This document shows, piece by piece, positions 50,402 through 62,810 of a stretch of 64,000 nt of DNA (position 1 is the stretch's first letter; every line of letters begins with the position of its first letter). Position numbers and translations under genes: made by a program. The DNA comes from Camelus dromedarius (taxonomy: Eukaryota), in contig NC_087437.1 of assembly GCF_036321535.1 (NCBI RefSeq), positions 34,784,001 to 34,848,000 on the forward strand. Reading direction: 5' to 3'. The notes under the pieces are model-generated. The model was not told the origin of the DNA and searched no databases. It saw only the letters and a list, made by a program, of their open reading frames with translations.

Positions 50402-50523
50402 GATATTTTGTTAAGTTTTGGGTATGACTTACTGCTAAAAAAGTTTCAGCTAATCTAGCAACCACAAACAAGATTCATGGGGTCTAATCAGAAAGCATCT
50501 TTATTTTTGTTTCTCACCATCCA

Positions 50524-50727
50524 ATTAGAATTTATTGAATATATTAGAACTTATTGAATATACCTGTGCTATACAGTAGGACCTTGTTGTAGATGTATTT
50601 TATATATAGTAGTTAGTATCTGCAAATCCTGAACTCCCAATTTATCCTTCTATCCCCCTTCCCCCTGGTAACCATAAGTTTGTTTTCTACGTCTGTGAGT
50701 CTGTCCCTGTTTTGTAAGTTAAGTTCA

Positions 50728-50781
<54 letters not shown>

Positions 50782-51019
50782 GCCTTTTTTTGCTTTTAGA
50801 TCCCAGTTATTAGTGAAATCATATGATATCTTTCTTTTTCTTTCTGGCTTACTTCACTTAATATGATGATCTCCAAGTCCATCCATGTTGCTGCAAATGG
50901 CATTATTTTATTCTTTTTTATGGCGGAGTAGTATTCCATTACATCCATATACCACAGCTTCTTTATCCAGTCATCTGTAGATGGTCGTTTAGGTTGCTTC
51001 CATTTCTTGGCTATTATAA
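50524..51019 (-). mobile_element. Relatively young L1 3' fragment (ORF2 C-terminus plus 3'UTR)
   Basis: ORF 50796-51137 (-) contains the L1 ORF2 end 'IAKKWKQPKRPSTDDWIKKLWY..EYYSAIKKNKIMPFAATWMDLEIIILSEVSQKEK'; 3'UTR is similar to the copy at 60956-62256. Confidence 0.95.
50731..50778. repeat. (GT)24 microsatellite inside L1 3'UTR
   Basis: Directly visible. Confidence 0.97.
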
Positions 51020-51884
51020 CCGAATGGTTCTTTTGAAGCACTGCTTTCCTGACATGAAGTGAAAGGAAACGCACCCCCACCTTCACCCTTCCCTCTGTGT
51101 TGTGTGTAGGAAGGGACACAAAACAGCACTCTCCCAAGAAATCTTCCTCAGAAACCTTTAATTGTCATTCTCTTGACCCTTTCATTTTGAATATGGGTTA
51201 GGTCTGTTTAGAATCACAAGTGGTTTGTTAAATGTTTCTTCTATAAACTTGTCTGTGTGCCTGGAACTTCAAGTGGGAATTTCATGACCATTCTATCTTG
51301 GTATCTCAGCTGAGAATTCCAATTTAACAGACCTTAAAAAGACAAGTGCTTTGTCAACCATAAAGTGCTACACAGCCTAGCTCTGAAGAGGTACAGGGAC
51401 TGTATGAGCCAGCACTGGGACAAGATGGCTGTCCCTGAAGAAGCAAACATTTCCAACAGATTTATATAGGTGAGTCTGGGTGCCTCTGTTTTGTGTCTAG
51501 TTGATACATGCTTTATTACTTAGCTAAGGTAGAATTGTTAATAATACATTCCTTCCAATTTGTGCCACTCACCTAACTAAGTGTGTAAATGGCAGTAATC
51601 AAGACAGTCGGGGACAAACATTTAAAATGAAAGATGAGAGTCACCCAGGGAGCCAGCATTTCTCTCTGTTTTAGTTTCGGTGGCTTGCAGTCCGTACAAG
51701 CACGCGCACGTCCACACGCTCAGTGGAGGTTCTTATGGTTGTGGTACTCTGCTAAGGTGCACGGACTGACCAGTCAGTATGTCACTCAGAGAAGCACGTT
51801 CTTCATTCAAGGATCAGAGAAAAGTAGAGATCTGGATGGAGCTGCACCTGTCCTTTGGAATTCACAAGTCCTCCTTCACCTGTG

Positions 51885-52130
51885 TAGTTCATTCAGTAAT
51901 TATTTATTGAATACCTACTGTTTTCCCTCAGGCACTTACTCCAGCCCCTAAGTCCACAGGGGTGAGCTAAATAGACAGAGCTTACAGTCTAATGGCAGAA
52001 ACAAACATCAAACACTTAAGTGTACAATTGCAAATTGGGCCAAGTGGCAAGAAGAAAAATGATAGGATGGGAGTAGGGGAGTGGAGCGCAGGGATCACCC
52101 ACCTGAGTTTGGGGTGGCAGAGGAAGTATG
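51885..52130 (-). mobile_element. L2 3' fragment
   Basis: 'ttcattcagtaattatttattgaatacctactg...gagcttacagtctaatggcagaaac'. Confidence 0.7.
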
Positions 52131-52839
52131 AAGGGCACGTATCACTATTTGTCCAAGTTTGCAGTTCAGATGTATTCCTAATTAAATAGCAGTAGTCAGT
52201 AATGCTACGTGAAATATTCCATTTGGTTAGGACATAATGTTTTCCAAGAGTAAGACTCAAGCCTGTTCTTCTAAAATGTTGTCTTCTTCTTCCGATGGTG
52301 CTCGATTCTTCCCAAGTAGAGCTTAGAATTTGTTTTAAAAGACTACTTTGGGAATTGGCAGTGTTTGTGTATAGTGTCTTCTCTAAGTGGTCAGTTCTGC
52401 CCTCTTGGAGCTTCTTTTATCAGAAACCTAAAGAGTGCTCACAGAGGAGTCATTCTTTTGTTTTCTGTTTTCTCTTTCTTAGTGGTTAATCCCTCTGTTT
52501 ATTTATTCTACTTCAAAGCAGGGATCCCAGGGAAATGGAGGGCGTCAGAAGGGCGAGGGAGGAAAGCCGTTTCGGCTATGAGTAGTTTACTCAAATTAAT
52601 GCCTTCTCCAAGACAAATGACCCAAGGTTTTCTTCAAGAAAGTGAATATGGTTAAGAGCATACTGTGAAATAGAACAATTTGGCTAGACAGAAATGGGCT
52701 GACTTGAGAAAAAAGCCTGTATTTCCAGTGCAATACAGTGTCTGCTTGACGTGTGGACTACAGAGAACGCCTGACACCTGTTCAGTTGTCAGTTTTATTT
52801 TGCTGAAACCCATTTCCCGAATGCGGCATGACACAGGAG

Positions 52840-53030
52840 AAGTAGCACTGGACGGCACATTAAGAAACTTGGTTTCTGGCTTCTGTTTGGCCCCTAACTG
52901 ATGGTCATCTTTGGGTGGTCACTTGGTGCCCCGTACCTCAGTTTCCCGAGCTACAAGAAGAGGACAGCGGTCATACCTGCCTCACTGCCTCTCAGGAGTG
53001 TTGGAGGGATCAGTGCAGCGACCTAAAGAT
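52840..53030 (+). mobile_element. MIR SINE
   Basis: 'agcactggac...ctaactgatggtcatctttgggtggtcactt...cctcagtttcc...cacctgcct'. Confidence 0.65.
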
Positions 53031-53067
53031 GTTTTTTGATAATAAAATCCTTCCCAATGATAGATTT

Positions 53068-53114
53068 TTATCATTGCCATTTGTCTGTTTATTATCATTG
53101 CCATTTGTCTGTTT
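53068..53114. repeat. Tandem duplication, two perfect 23-bp copies (period 24)
   Basis: ttatcattgccatttgtctgttt at 53068-53090 and 53092-53114. Confidence 0.95.
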
Positions 53115-53274
53115 TTGAGGCTTCTACTTATGACTGTTCTTAGCCTATAAAACCATTCTCCCCAAGTTCATTTATCCTGAGGCCAAGATTCATGACATCT
53201 CACCTGCTATCTAATTGGGTAAACATTTTGTGACATGGCTGCTCCTAATGCAAGTCTTCCCGAGGGTCATGTAA

Positions 53275-53480
53275 ATTAGAAAAGTATGCCTTTGAAGCAG
53301 GAAAGAACTGAGTGTGAATATCAGCTCCAACATTCCCAGCTAAGTGACCTTAGGGGAATTTACTCTTTCTGTGCTTCAGTTTCCTCATCTGTGAAGTGGC
53401 TTTGAACAGTAAGTGATAAAACTGATGAAAGCGTTGAACACACTGCCCGTTATGACAGGCTTTTAGTAAGAGCTAGTGTC
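53275..53480 (+). mobile_element. MIR SINE
   Basis: 'gtgaccttagggga...tctgtgcttcagtttcctcatctgtgaagtgg'. Confidence 0.8.
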
Positions 53481-55029
53481 CTTCCTCTTAAAAAAAAAAC
53501 AGTATGTAACCTAGTATTTGCAAAATAGATTTTTTAAAATAAAAACATTCATGAGAGGTTAGGACTAGCACAAATTCAGTTTCTTTTTAAATTTGCTGTA
53601 GCTGAGAAAGTGAGGCACATCTATAATTGTTTTTGAATAATATGTTTTAAAATGTTGCAGTCTTTGTAGACTGATAATGAACTTGGTATAGCTGTTGGAT
53701 AGAACTATTATAGGAAGCAATTTATTGTCAGTTTATTAAATTTAAAATGTTATAACTTGCATAAATGATTTTTTTGTTTATGTGGGATTTATATCTTACC
53801 TATTTTCAGAAAAGTTTTTAAATTGTTTACAAAATTAAGCCCAATAGAAAACAAAATAATTGAAAATAAAATTGGAACAGAAATAAGAAAAGCAGATAGG
53901 TAAATAAATAATTTATTCTTTTTAAAAATTGATTTTAATTTTCACTACTAGAAAACAAACAAGAAGACATATAGGTGTTTTTAGACACCTGATGACACTT
54001 GATGCAAAATACCTCCGAGGGAAGAGAAGGCTCTACTTTGTTGCATTTCTTGTCACTTGACCATCAGTTTTCCTTGTCCCTCTTCGAGTGTCCCTACCTC
54101 CCTGGCTGCCCAGCCCCCTCACCATTTGCAGGGCTGGGAGACATGGGAGCCTGGGAGGTTGGTGGGAAATGAACCACAGCTGACCAAGAATTTGCAGCAC
54201 ACAAATAGAAAGTATACATTCTTTTCGTTGCCTTGACAATTTTTCCTGAATTGAGAGCTTTCACTATTGCACCTGCAAGTGTGCTGTGTCTTGCCTGGGC
54301 TATCACCTAACTTTCTTTCTTTATCTGAAATGTTTCTGGTCCAAGAATGGTGGAACAAATGACTTCAGACAGTCTGATTACAGAAAAAAAGGATTTTGAT
54401 GCATAGCTTTCTGTTTATGAATTGAAAATGGCTGAATTTCTTTTTAGTAAGAGTACCTCTTGAGGAATGTGTTTAGTGGAGGTTTAGGCTGTGATGGTTG
54501 TTTTCAGCCTAATGGTGTAATTACCATATGTCATTAATCCTTTTCCTACGGGAATTTGTCTTTTTTTTTTTTTAACTTCTAATGCTACAGGGTAAAAAGA
54601 GCTAACATTTTCAACTTCAGCACATTATTCATTTTAAATGTAAGTTGGCAAGTTGAGGATATGGAAAACAAGAACTCTAGAGGATCAGTTTCTTAAAAAA
54701 CAGAAACCATTAAGCTCTGTTCAAAATGCACGCCTCGTGGCACCCCTCTCTGTGCCGGTATTAGTTGTACAATAACTTCTTGCTGCTGCTTCTGTTTTTA
54801 GACTTTGATTTTCTTTGGGTTACATCTGTGCCTGCTCTGCTCTTCCCCACCCCAGATGCTTTTTTGGTAGGTTTCCTGCTGTGACCAAAGTCAAATGATT
54901 GGACAGGAGGGAGGGTTAACATTGAAGAGGGTAAATTTAAGAGACTGCACATTGTATTCCCATGCTCGTTCCTCTCTGGGAGGAAGAGGTGGTACCGCCC
55001 TTTCAGGCAGTACCTTCATCTCTTCTTTT

Positions 55030-55330
55030 TCATCCAAGATTATTTTATTACAGAGTAATATGTAGTCATCATAGAAATCCTGAAAAATACAAAACTTAAG
55101 GAAGAAAAAAAATCATGTGTCATTCCTCCACCCAGAGAGGATCACTGTTGATAGTAGTTCCGTGTAATGACGTACATCCTTATGTGTATGTGAGTTCGTA
55201 CCAGAGGGACAGTTTGGTTAAACTTTTTTTTTCCTGTAATACTATAAATACTTCACATTATTAAAATTTCTTTTACATTATCACTTTTGATGGTTGGATG
55301 GTGTTCTCTTGTATAAGTGCATTTATATAG
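55030..55330 (-). mobile_element. L1ME-type 3'UTR fragment
   Basis: 'ttattacagagtaatatgt...gaaaaatacaaaa...tcccacccagagaggatcactgtt'-like text. Confidence 0.6.
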
Positions 55331-58300
55331 GGACAAAACATTTATTTGAAGACAGAAACCTCATGCCCCAAACCCTGAAGGTAAGTCACAATCCTTGTCA
55401 CCCAGGCACCTGTGAGGGCCTGGGTGTTGGTCACTGAAGGCCGGGCTGCTGGGATCGTCCGGGGAACTGAACTGGTAGGACTTGGAGGAGGGTCTGGAGT
55501 GTTCCACTTCGGCTTTTTCATGCATGGTGCTTTGCTTCCTTGGTGGCTGGAAAAAAAAGCCTTGGGAGAGGAGGGTTTCTCAGCTATCATTGCTCAAAGC
55601 AAACAAGATAATGTATATACAGTTTTTTTTTCTTTAAAGCCATGAGAATGTGTAGTCTGTGGAACTGTTCAACTCCTTTTAATTGTAAATAATGACATCT
55701 GTGAACTTTCTATGGAGCATCATTTAATTCTCTCCCCTACAGGATGTAGTTTAGAGTCTAATCTGTTCATCTCATCTCTACTCCAGCTCCATCTTTGAAG
55801 AATGGTGTAATTTGCAACAGCCAGGGTGACCTTTCTGGCGGGGAGGAGGCTAAGGGAATGAGTGACGGGCTATATACATCTGTGTGTGTATGTAAATGCC
55901 CCTTTCTTGTGTTTGGTTTCATGTGGTCGGAAGAATAGTGATCTATCAGATGCAATTTACTGGGCCAGAAACGCTGCACTGCAGCAGAGAGACTGGCAAA
56001 CATGGAGCAGAGTGTGCTGAGGCAGTGCTGTGGGAGCGTTGCATCGGTCATGGAAGCTGCCCCTCCCGTTTGCTTTTCCCAGCTACTTGTCCTGGGCCCC
56101 GGAGCCGTGCACCTCAGGAACCCCAGAGGAGAATGAGCCTCAGCAAAGGAGTCCTAATTGCACCAAATCAAAGCTCATGAAGTCTGCCAGGTCGTTAACT
56201 CCTTGATATTTAATAACTCGCTGCTCCACTGCTGGAAAATGTCATCAGGCCCTTGCACTAAATCTGCTCTTAAAGAATGCATTTTCCCTTTGAATGGTTC
56301 GTGTTTTATTGTGCGGTAGAAAGATCAGAAAAAAACATTTGGACTGTCTTGTAAAGCTGGCGGTGCCAGCTGCTGCGTCCTCAGCCACCCCGTGTCTGTC
56401 TGACGGCCAGCAGGGCCTGTAGAAGAGACCTATTCCAAGACTCGGCCCGAACCTGACTCACCTGGGTCAGATCTGAGACAGATCCTTGGCGTGGGTGTTG
56501 TGTTTGTCTGTTTCTTTCCTCTATGACAACTGTCGTGTGTGAGGAATTGGGGGAGAATTTTTCACTGAATTTTTGGACGTCGTTTAATGGCTCTAGATTC
56601 ATTCACCCTAGGTATCAGTGTAAAAACACATGAAGAATTTATGCAGTATCTTCTTTAAACAGCTCTCAGTGAGTAGAGTTTCTCTGATGTTTAAGTATTC
56701 CTGATGGTGTTTTATTTTGTGTTTTGAAATATGGTGACAGCTTCACAGAATTGTCCCGCAATGAACAAGGTATTTTACTTGTGTAACTGTAGCTCGTTTG
56801 CCAGAGAGCTAATGGCAGAAACATTGTAATGCAAAACAACATAAAATATAAAGCATTAGAAATAGTTGTGAGATTCATGTTTCCCAAATGAACTTAATAT
56901 ATCTTGCCTAATGTTATTTTATTTCCAATTTAGGAGGGTCTAATTTATTGGTCACCATAATTATTTTATAGATCATAACCTTTTAAATTATCCATTTTTT
57001 TCATTATTTCACATAGGTGGAGCCACATATGGAGTAATAGCTATGCAATGTTTTGATAGAATAACTCTGAAGTAGAGCAAATTTCATTTGAGAACACCAA
57101 CCTAGTGTAATCTTTGTGCTAGCCAAGTGGATTTTTTTCCTCCCCAATTTTTGTTTATTTTCGTTGCGGGAATACATTCATGGTTCTTAGCCTAGTGCCT
57201 GGCCCCATAGTAAATGCTCAATAAATGTTAGCACTTGTGAACATTTTCATTCTATTCACCAGAATATTTCAGTCTATTTTTTACCTCTACTAGCAGCTGG
57301 TATGTTTTTAAAATAATTAAATCTCTGAGTATTTACATAGTCCCACAGAATTAAAAGTAAAACTCTGAAGAAATTTTAATAAAGTGTGTTTCCCTTGAGC
57401 TGGTAAAATAATTTAAATTCATTTCATCGTCATCTCTGAATTTAAACTTTTCTCATTTATCATCCATTTCGCTTATTGATAAAAGAATGCAAAACCACAT
57501 AAGGGAAATCTTTGACACAACAGAAATAAAATGCCTCTTGTCTGGTTAAAGCACTTCAATGCTTTGTACTATTTTTAAAATTCTAGATTCATCTAGATCC
57601 CAAAGGTTTTATGTTCCAAAGTGTAATGAATTAGCATAAAGAGTCATTGAATGATAGAAACTGTTATGCCACAAGTTCAGGATATACCTTCTAAATGTGT
57701 GCATTTCAATATTTAAATTATTATTCAATACTGTTTTTTCCAGGTATAGATCTACATAAAATTAAGAGTGTGTATGTTGTGCATGTAGTTTAAGTCTTAC
57801 GATATTTAAGACTGGCATCAAGAGTGCTTGTCCTAAAGTGTTGTGTTTTTAAATTCTTACAGGTGCTTTTCCTGCTTCATTCTTAAATCATGGCTGCTTA
57901 TTAACACCACACTCTTGTAATGTTGAAAATCAGTCACACTAGGTCTCGTTTTTGCTTCCTTAGTTAAGACTCAGCAAGAGAATTGCTATTATTTAATAAA
58001 TGGATTTAATCATTGTTGCTAATGTGACAGCAGGAATTTGAAGCCATCTGATTTCTTAGCTGGTTCTATTAATTCAGTAATAGCTTCACACTGCCAATTG
58101 ATGGCTGCTAAGTCACTAAAGTTAACATAGAGGTTTTGGAGAAACTTCTGTTCCAATGATGCATGAAAATATGAGCATATTTTGAACCGTCTGGATAATC
58201 AATATGCCTTCTGTTCATGAGGCTTATACAGTTTAACTTTGAGAGATTACTACTTAATATGATACCTGCAAAACAGGAAGTTTGCAAAATGGATGTTAGG

Positions 58301-58499
58301 AGCCTGTGAACTATTATTGTCCTCTGCGATTAGTCTATTGAATTATAGTTATAGTTTTGTTTTGGTTTTTTTGTATCCTGACTTATATTACTCACTAGCA
58401 CCTCCAAAATAGGATTGTGTGATAGAGGGATATATTAAATACTTACAATCATAGATATATATATATATATATTTTTTTTTTAATTAATAGAATAAAATT

Positions 58500-58685
58500 T
58501 AAGACAGAAAGGAATTTGAAGATCCTCCAGCCCAGGATTTTCCCTTCAGCCCACCCCTCTGTCTTACAGACGAGGAGACGGAAGGCCAGAGAGGTTAGGG
58601 AATGTGTGCAGGAGCACACAGCCACACAGCCGGCCAACTGCAGACCTGGAACGCATTCCTAGCCCTGTTTGGGACTCCTTCCAGA
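58500..58685 (-). mobile_element. MIR SINE fragment
   Basis: 'tcttacagacgaggagacggaaggccagagaggttaggga...cacacagcca'. Confidence 0.75.
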
Positions 58686-59149
58686 AGAAGCTAGAACAAG
58701 AGAAAATTTATTGTCCCACAGTTTACCATGGAATAGGATGACTTGCCCAAGGAAAGCATGCTTTACCACTTCCAAAGGTTTTGAAAGTAGGTGGGTAGTG
58801 GGGAGAAACTGTCATTAGGGCAGGGTCACAAGGACAGACCAATGGCAATGCTCCAACATATTGTTTAGAATGAGTTCTGGGAATTAGCTGGGAAATTTGT
58901 TTTTTTAAAGTAACATCCATAAATTGGTTCAACTATTCTTTTAAAGTCGTAGAGAGAACAATAACTCCATTTCTTCATGCATTCTCAAACTTTAATCCAT
59001 GACATTTGACTCACAAGCCCATGAAATTGCTCAACAAAAACGTCATATTTCTTTATTCTTCCACCAAATGTATTAGAAAAATAAGTTATCATGTAGGTCG
59101 TTTTAAGTCATCCCTTCCCTTATTATTAACTACTTAAAGAACAATTGAA

Positions 59150-59368
59150 TTGTGTAGTTGAAATTTGCTAAGAGAGTAGAACTTAAATGTTCCCCCCTCT
59201 CCAAAAAAAAAAAAAAAAAAAGAAGGAGAAAGTAAATATGAGGTGCTGGATGTATTGATTAATAGATTCGGGAATCCTTTCGCAGTGTAAACGTGTATCG
59301 AACCACCGTGGTGTACACTTCAGTATCTTACACGTTTGTATGTCAGTTATACCGCAGTAAAGCTGAGA
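59150..59368 (+). mobile_element. 5'-truncated L1 3'UTR (L1MA8/9-like) with 14-bp TSD
   Basis: 'ttgaaatttgctaagagagtagaacttaaatgtt...taaagctgagaaa'; TSD aaagaacaa(t/c)tgaa at 59136-59149 and 59369-59382, at a TT/AAAG L1-endonuclease-type site. Confidence 0.92.
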
Positions 59369-59774
59369 AAAGAACAACTGAAACTTCGCTCCGTCATACC
59401 TTGGAATTTCTCTAAGAAGTATTTAGTTATATGGCCCCAAAGCATAGTTAACTATGCAACCTGGTCATTGTTTTTTTTTTTAAAAAAAAAACCTTTCTAT
59501 CTCAATATGGTACAGTCAGTTGAAGGCTCCAGCAGGTAACTGAAAAGAATCTGTCTGATTCCATTTGAGTTAATATGATGAACTTAGTATATCTCAGATT
59601 TCCCTCTTGCCGGACTTTTCAGGTATCACAACATCCTTCACTCTGCTGCCCTACTTGTTGTTTTAAATCACAAACCCTGTGGTCCATTCTTTTGTTTAAA
59701 ACACTTACGGATTTGTTTTTATTGTGGACTCTGCAGGAACATTCTTTTCAAGCTACGGATTTAATAATTTGCTC

Positions 59775-59970
59775 CTAGAATCAAATAGTGACTTGAGTTG
59801 AAATCCCAGCTCTATCATTTACTAAGCTAAGCAAGTTAAGTAATGTTTTTAGCCTTATCTGAAAAATGGATCTAAAATGGGTCACAATAAGGAGTAAATA
59901 AGACAGTGCATTTGAGTATTTAGCCTGGCATTCAGCCTATAGAAACATTTCAATAAACATTAGTTGTTGC
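59775..59970 (+). mobile_element. MIR SINE
   Basis: 'ttgagttgaaatcccagctctatcatttacta...gcaagttaa...atctgaaaaatgg...tcaataaacattag'. Confidence 0.75.
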
Positions 59971-60099
59971 TGTTAATTGTTCTCATAGAATTTAAATTCC
60001 TAAATTTACATACACGGTTCCAGCCTGCTGTTAGTTCATCTTCTGCCATTTCCTCCCCCTTGAAACACACATACATACTCTTCTCTCCAGCCCTCAAAC

Positions 60100-60425
60100 C
60101 CAGTGTTAGCCTGAAACATACCAGGCTTTTTTGTGCCTGTCTTGGTGTGGACTGGACTGTGCTTGGATTACTAAACCCACCCATCGTCCTCATCCCTTAC
60201 ATCTCTCAAGACTCAGCTCATATATCCCTTCTGACATGGTGTTTCCAAGGCTTCTCCGAGAATTTATTGTACTAGTGTGTAGTTACCTCTTTACCATTCA
60301 TCTGCTTCCTTAAATCATAAGCTCTTTGAGGGCAAGTTCTCTTTCTTTTTACTCTCCGTATTCAGCAAAATGCTAGGAGCATTATTAAGGCTCAGTAATT
60401 ATGTTGAATGAATACTTGAATGAAT
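60100..60425 (+). mobile_element. L2 3' fragment
   Basis: 'tctcaagactcagctca...taagctctttgagggcaag...gctcagtaattatgttgaatgaat'. Confidence 0.75.
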
Positions 60426-60587
60426 TACTAGGCTTTCTTTGTAACCTAGTACAGGCAGCCATCTGCTTTTCATTACTGAATTTCAGCGAATGCTCATCTA
60501 GTCTACAAAAGAACAACCAGCCCTTACTGCATTTTTAGTTTCCCTCTTGAGTATCATGGAAGTCAGTTATTTCACTTGATTCATGGA

Positions 60588-60618
60588 TGCCATCTGGTGG
60601 GGAAAAGGGTAACTACAG
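60588..60618 (-). promoter_or_regulatory. Candidate CTCF site (core plus upstream motif)
   Basis: TGCCATCTGGTGG (CCACCAGATGGCA on the minus strand), then 8 nt, then GTAACTACAG, similar to the GGAACTGCAG upstream motif. Confidence 0.6.
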
Positions 60619-60955
60619 GTTCATGCTTAACCAAAACCTTATAGAAGGTATGATTACTATTCATGGTATGAAATTTCCAGTTTCATGTTGGATTCCAGAA
60701 GCAGAGTCAAGGAAAAGTTTCTGGTATTGTTCTTCCATTCTTGTACATTTGCTTTCTTAGTATTTTAAGAAGTTGGTCAATCATGAATAATGTTTGAAAA
60801 CATTGGGCAAATAAGATTTATACATGTATGTAACTAAATATTATTTTTCTTTTCCAGTATGTGATAGAATAAAACTGGAAAGTTTTATAATGCTTGTTTA
60901 TAAAAAAAATTTAAACTATGACTTTAGAAACTTCCCAGACTCTAACTGCTCTTCT

Positions 60956-62256
60956 TTTTTTTAATTGAAAAATGTGTCAATTTCTGGTGTACAGTATAAT
61001 GTCCCAGTCATGCATATACATACATATATTCATTTTCATATTCTTTTTCATTAAAGGTTATTACACGACATTGAATATAGTTCCCTGTACTATACAGAAG
61101 ACATTTGTTTTTGTATATTTTTATATATAGTGGTAAACATTTGCAAATCTCAAACTCCCAAATTTATCCCTTCTCACCCCTTGTCCCCTGGTAACCATAA
61201 GATTGTTTACTATGTCTGTGAATCTGTTCCTGTTTTATAGATAAGTTCATTAGTGTCCTCTTTTTACTTTTTCTTCTTTAGATTCCACATGTAAGAGATA
61301 TATGGCATTTTTTTTTCTCTTTCTGACTTATTTCACTTAGAATGATGATCTCCAGTTCCATCCATGTTGCTGCAAATGGCATAATTTCATTATCTTTTAT
61401 GGCTGAGTAATAGTCCATTGTATAAATATAGCACAACTTCTTTATCCAGTCCTCTGTTGATAGATATTTAGGTTACTTCCATGTCTTGGCTCTAGTATAT
61501 AGTGCTGCTATGAACATTGGGATGCATGTATCTTTTTGAATTAGAGTTCCCTTCAGATATATATATCCTGGAGTGGGATTGCTGAATCATATGGTAAGTC
61601 TATATTTAGTTTTTTGAGGAATCTCCATACTGTTTCCCATAATGGCTTCACCAAACTACATTCCCATCAGCAGTGTAGGAGGGTTCCCTTTTCTCCACAC
61701 CCTCTCCAGCATTTATCATTCATGGACTTTTGAATGATAGCCATTCTGACTGGCGTGAGGTGATACCTCATGGTAGTTTTGATTTGCATTTTCTGATAAT
61801 TAGTGATATTAAGCATTTTTTCATGTGCCTATTCACCATTTGTATGCCTTCACTGAAGAATTGCTTATTTAGGTCTTCTGCCCATTTTTGAATTGGGTTG
61901 TTGTTTTTTTTTTTTGTTATTAAATTGTATGAACTGTTTATATATTCTGGAAATTAAACCTTTGTCAGTTGCATCATTTGCAAATACTTTCTCCCATTCT
62001 GTATGTTGGCGTTTTGTTTTACTTACGGTTTCCTTTGCTGTCCCATTTGTTTATTTTTGCTTTTATTACTATTGCCTGGGTAGACTGCCCTAGGAGAACA
62101 TTGCTGAGATTTATGACAGAGGATGTTTTGCCTGTGTTTTCTTCTAGGAGATTTATAATGTCTTGTCTTATGTTTAAGTTTTTAAGCTATTTTGAGTTTA
62201 TTTTTATATATGGTGTTAGGGAGTGTTCTAACTTCACTGATGTACATACTGCTGTC
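60956..62256 (-). mobile_element. 5'-truncated L1 (1.3 kb) with perfect 14-bp TSD
   Basis: Poly-T, 3'UTR and antisense ORF2 C-terminal text; TSD ctaactgctcttct at 60942-60955 and 62257-62270. Confidence 0.96.
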
Positions 62257-62494
62257 CTAACTGCTCTTCTAATTGCTTTAGCTCATATAGGGAATAGTGA
62301 AAACCAGTGGCGCAGATCCTAGAGCTAATGGTCCATCCAGTGTACACAGCTGTACCTTCCGAGGTTGCATACGATTTTTTTTTTATAAAATGGAGAAAAT
62401 ATAGTGTAGTAATTTAAGTGATCTAAAATAAACTGATTATCCAAAACTTGGATATTGAATTTTTTTAATGTTTCTGTAACACTGAAGTCTTTTG

Positions 62495-62590
62495 ATTCAT
62501 TCATTCACCATGCATTTATTGAGCACCTATCTAATACCCGATATTGTACAAAATGCTAAAGAACCAGAGGTAAAAAACGTTGTTTCAGTT
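62495..62590 (-). mobile_element. L2 3' end fragment
   Basis: 'attcattcattcaccatgcatttattgagcacctat'. Confidence 0.7.
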
Positions 62591-62810
62591 TTGATCCAAT
62601 TAATGAATATTTTGGTAAGAATGTAAAGCTGTGTAGCTTTTCATAAGACAGTCATACCAACTTCATTTAGATTTTTATTAGAGTTGGTTGACCCGTATAG
62701 TTTATATGTGCATTATAAACATCATAGATATAAAGATACCAGTTCTATTCATGCCATTTTGATGGGTTTTCCTGGAGCATATGACTCTAAAGGAAGTTCT
62801 TTATGATTTC

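Noticed and set aside
50796..51137. 113-aa ORF with real protein-like sequence
   Set aside because: It is the C-terminal tail of L1 ORF2 in a truncated copy, fused to flanking sequence.
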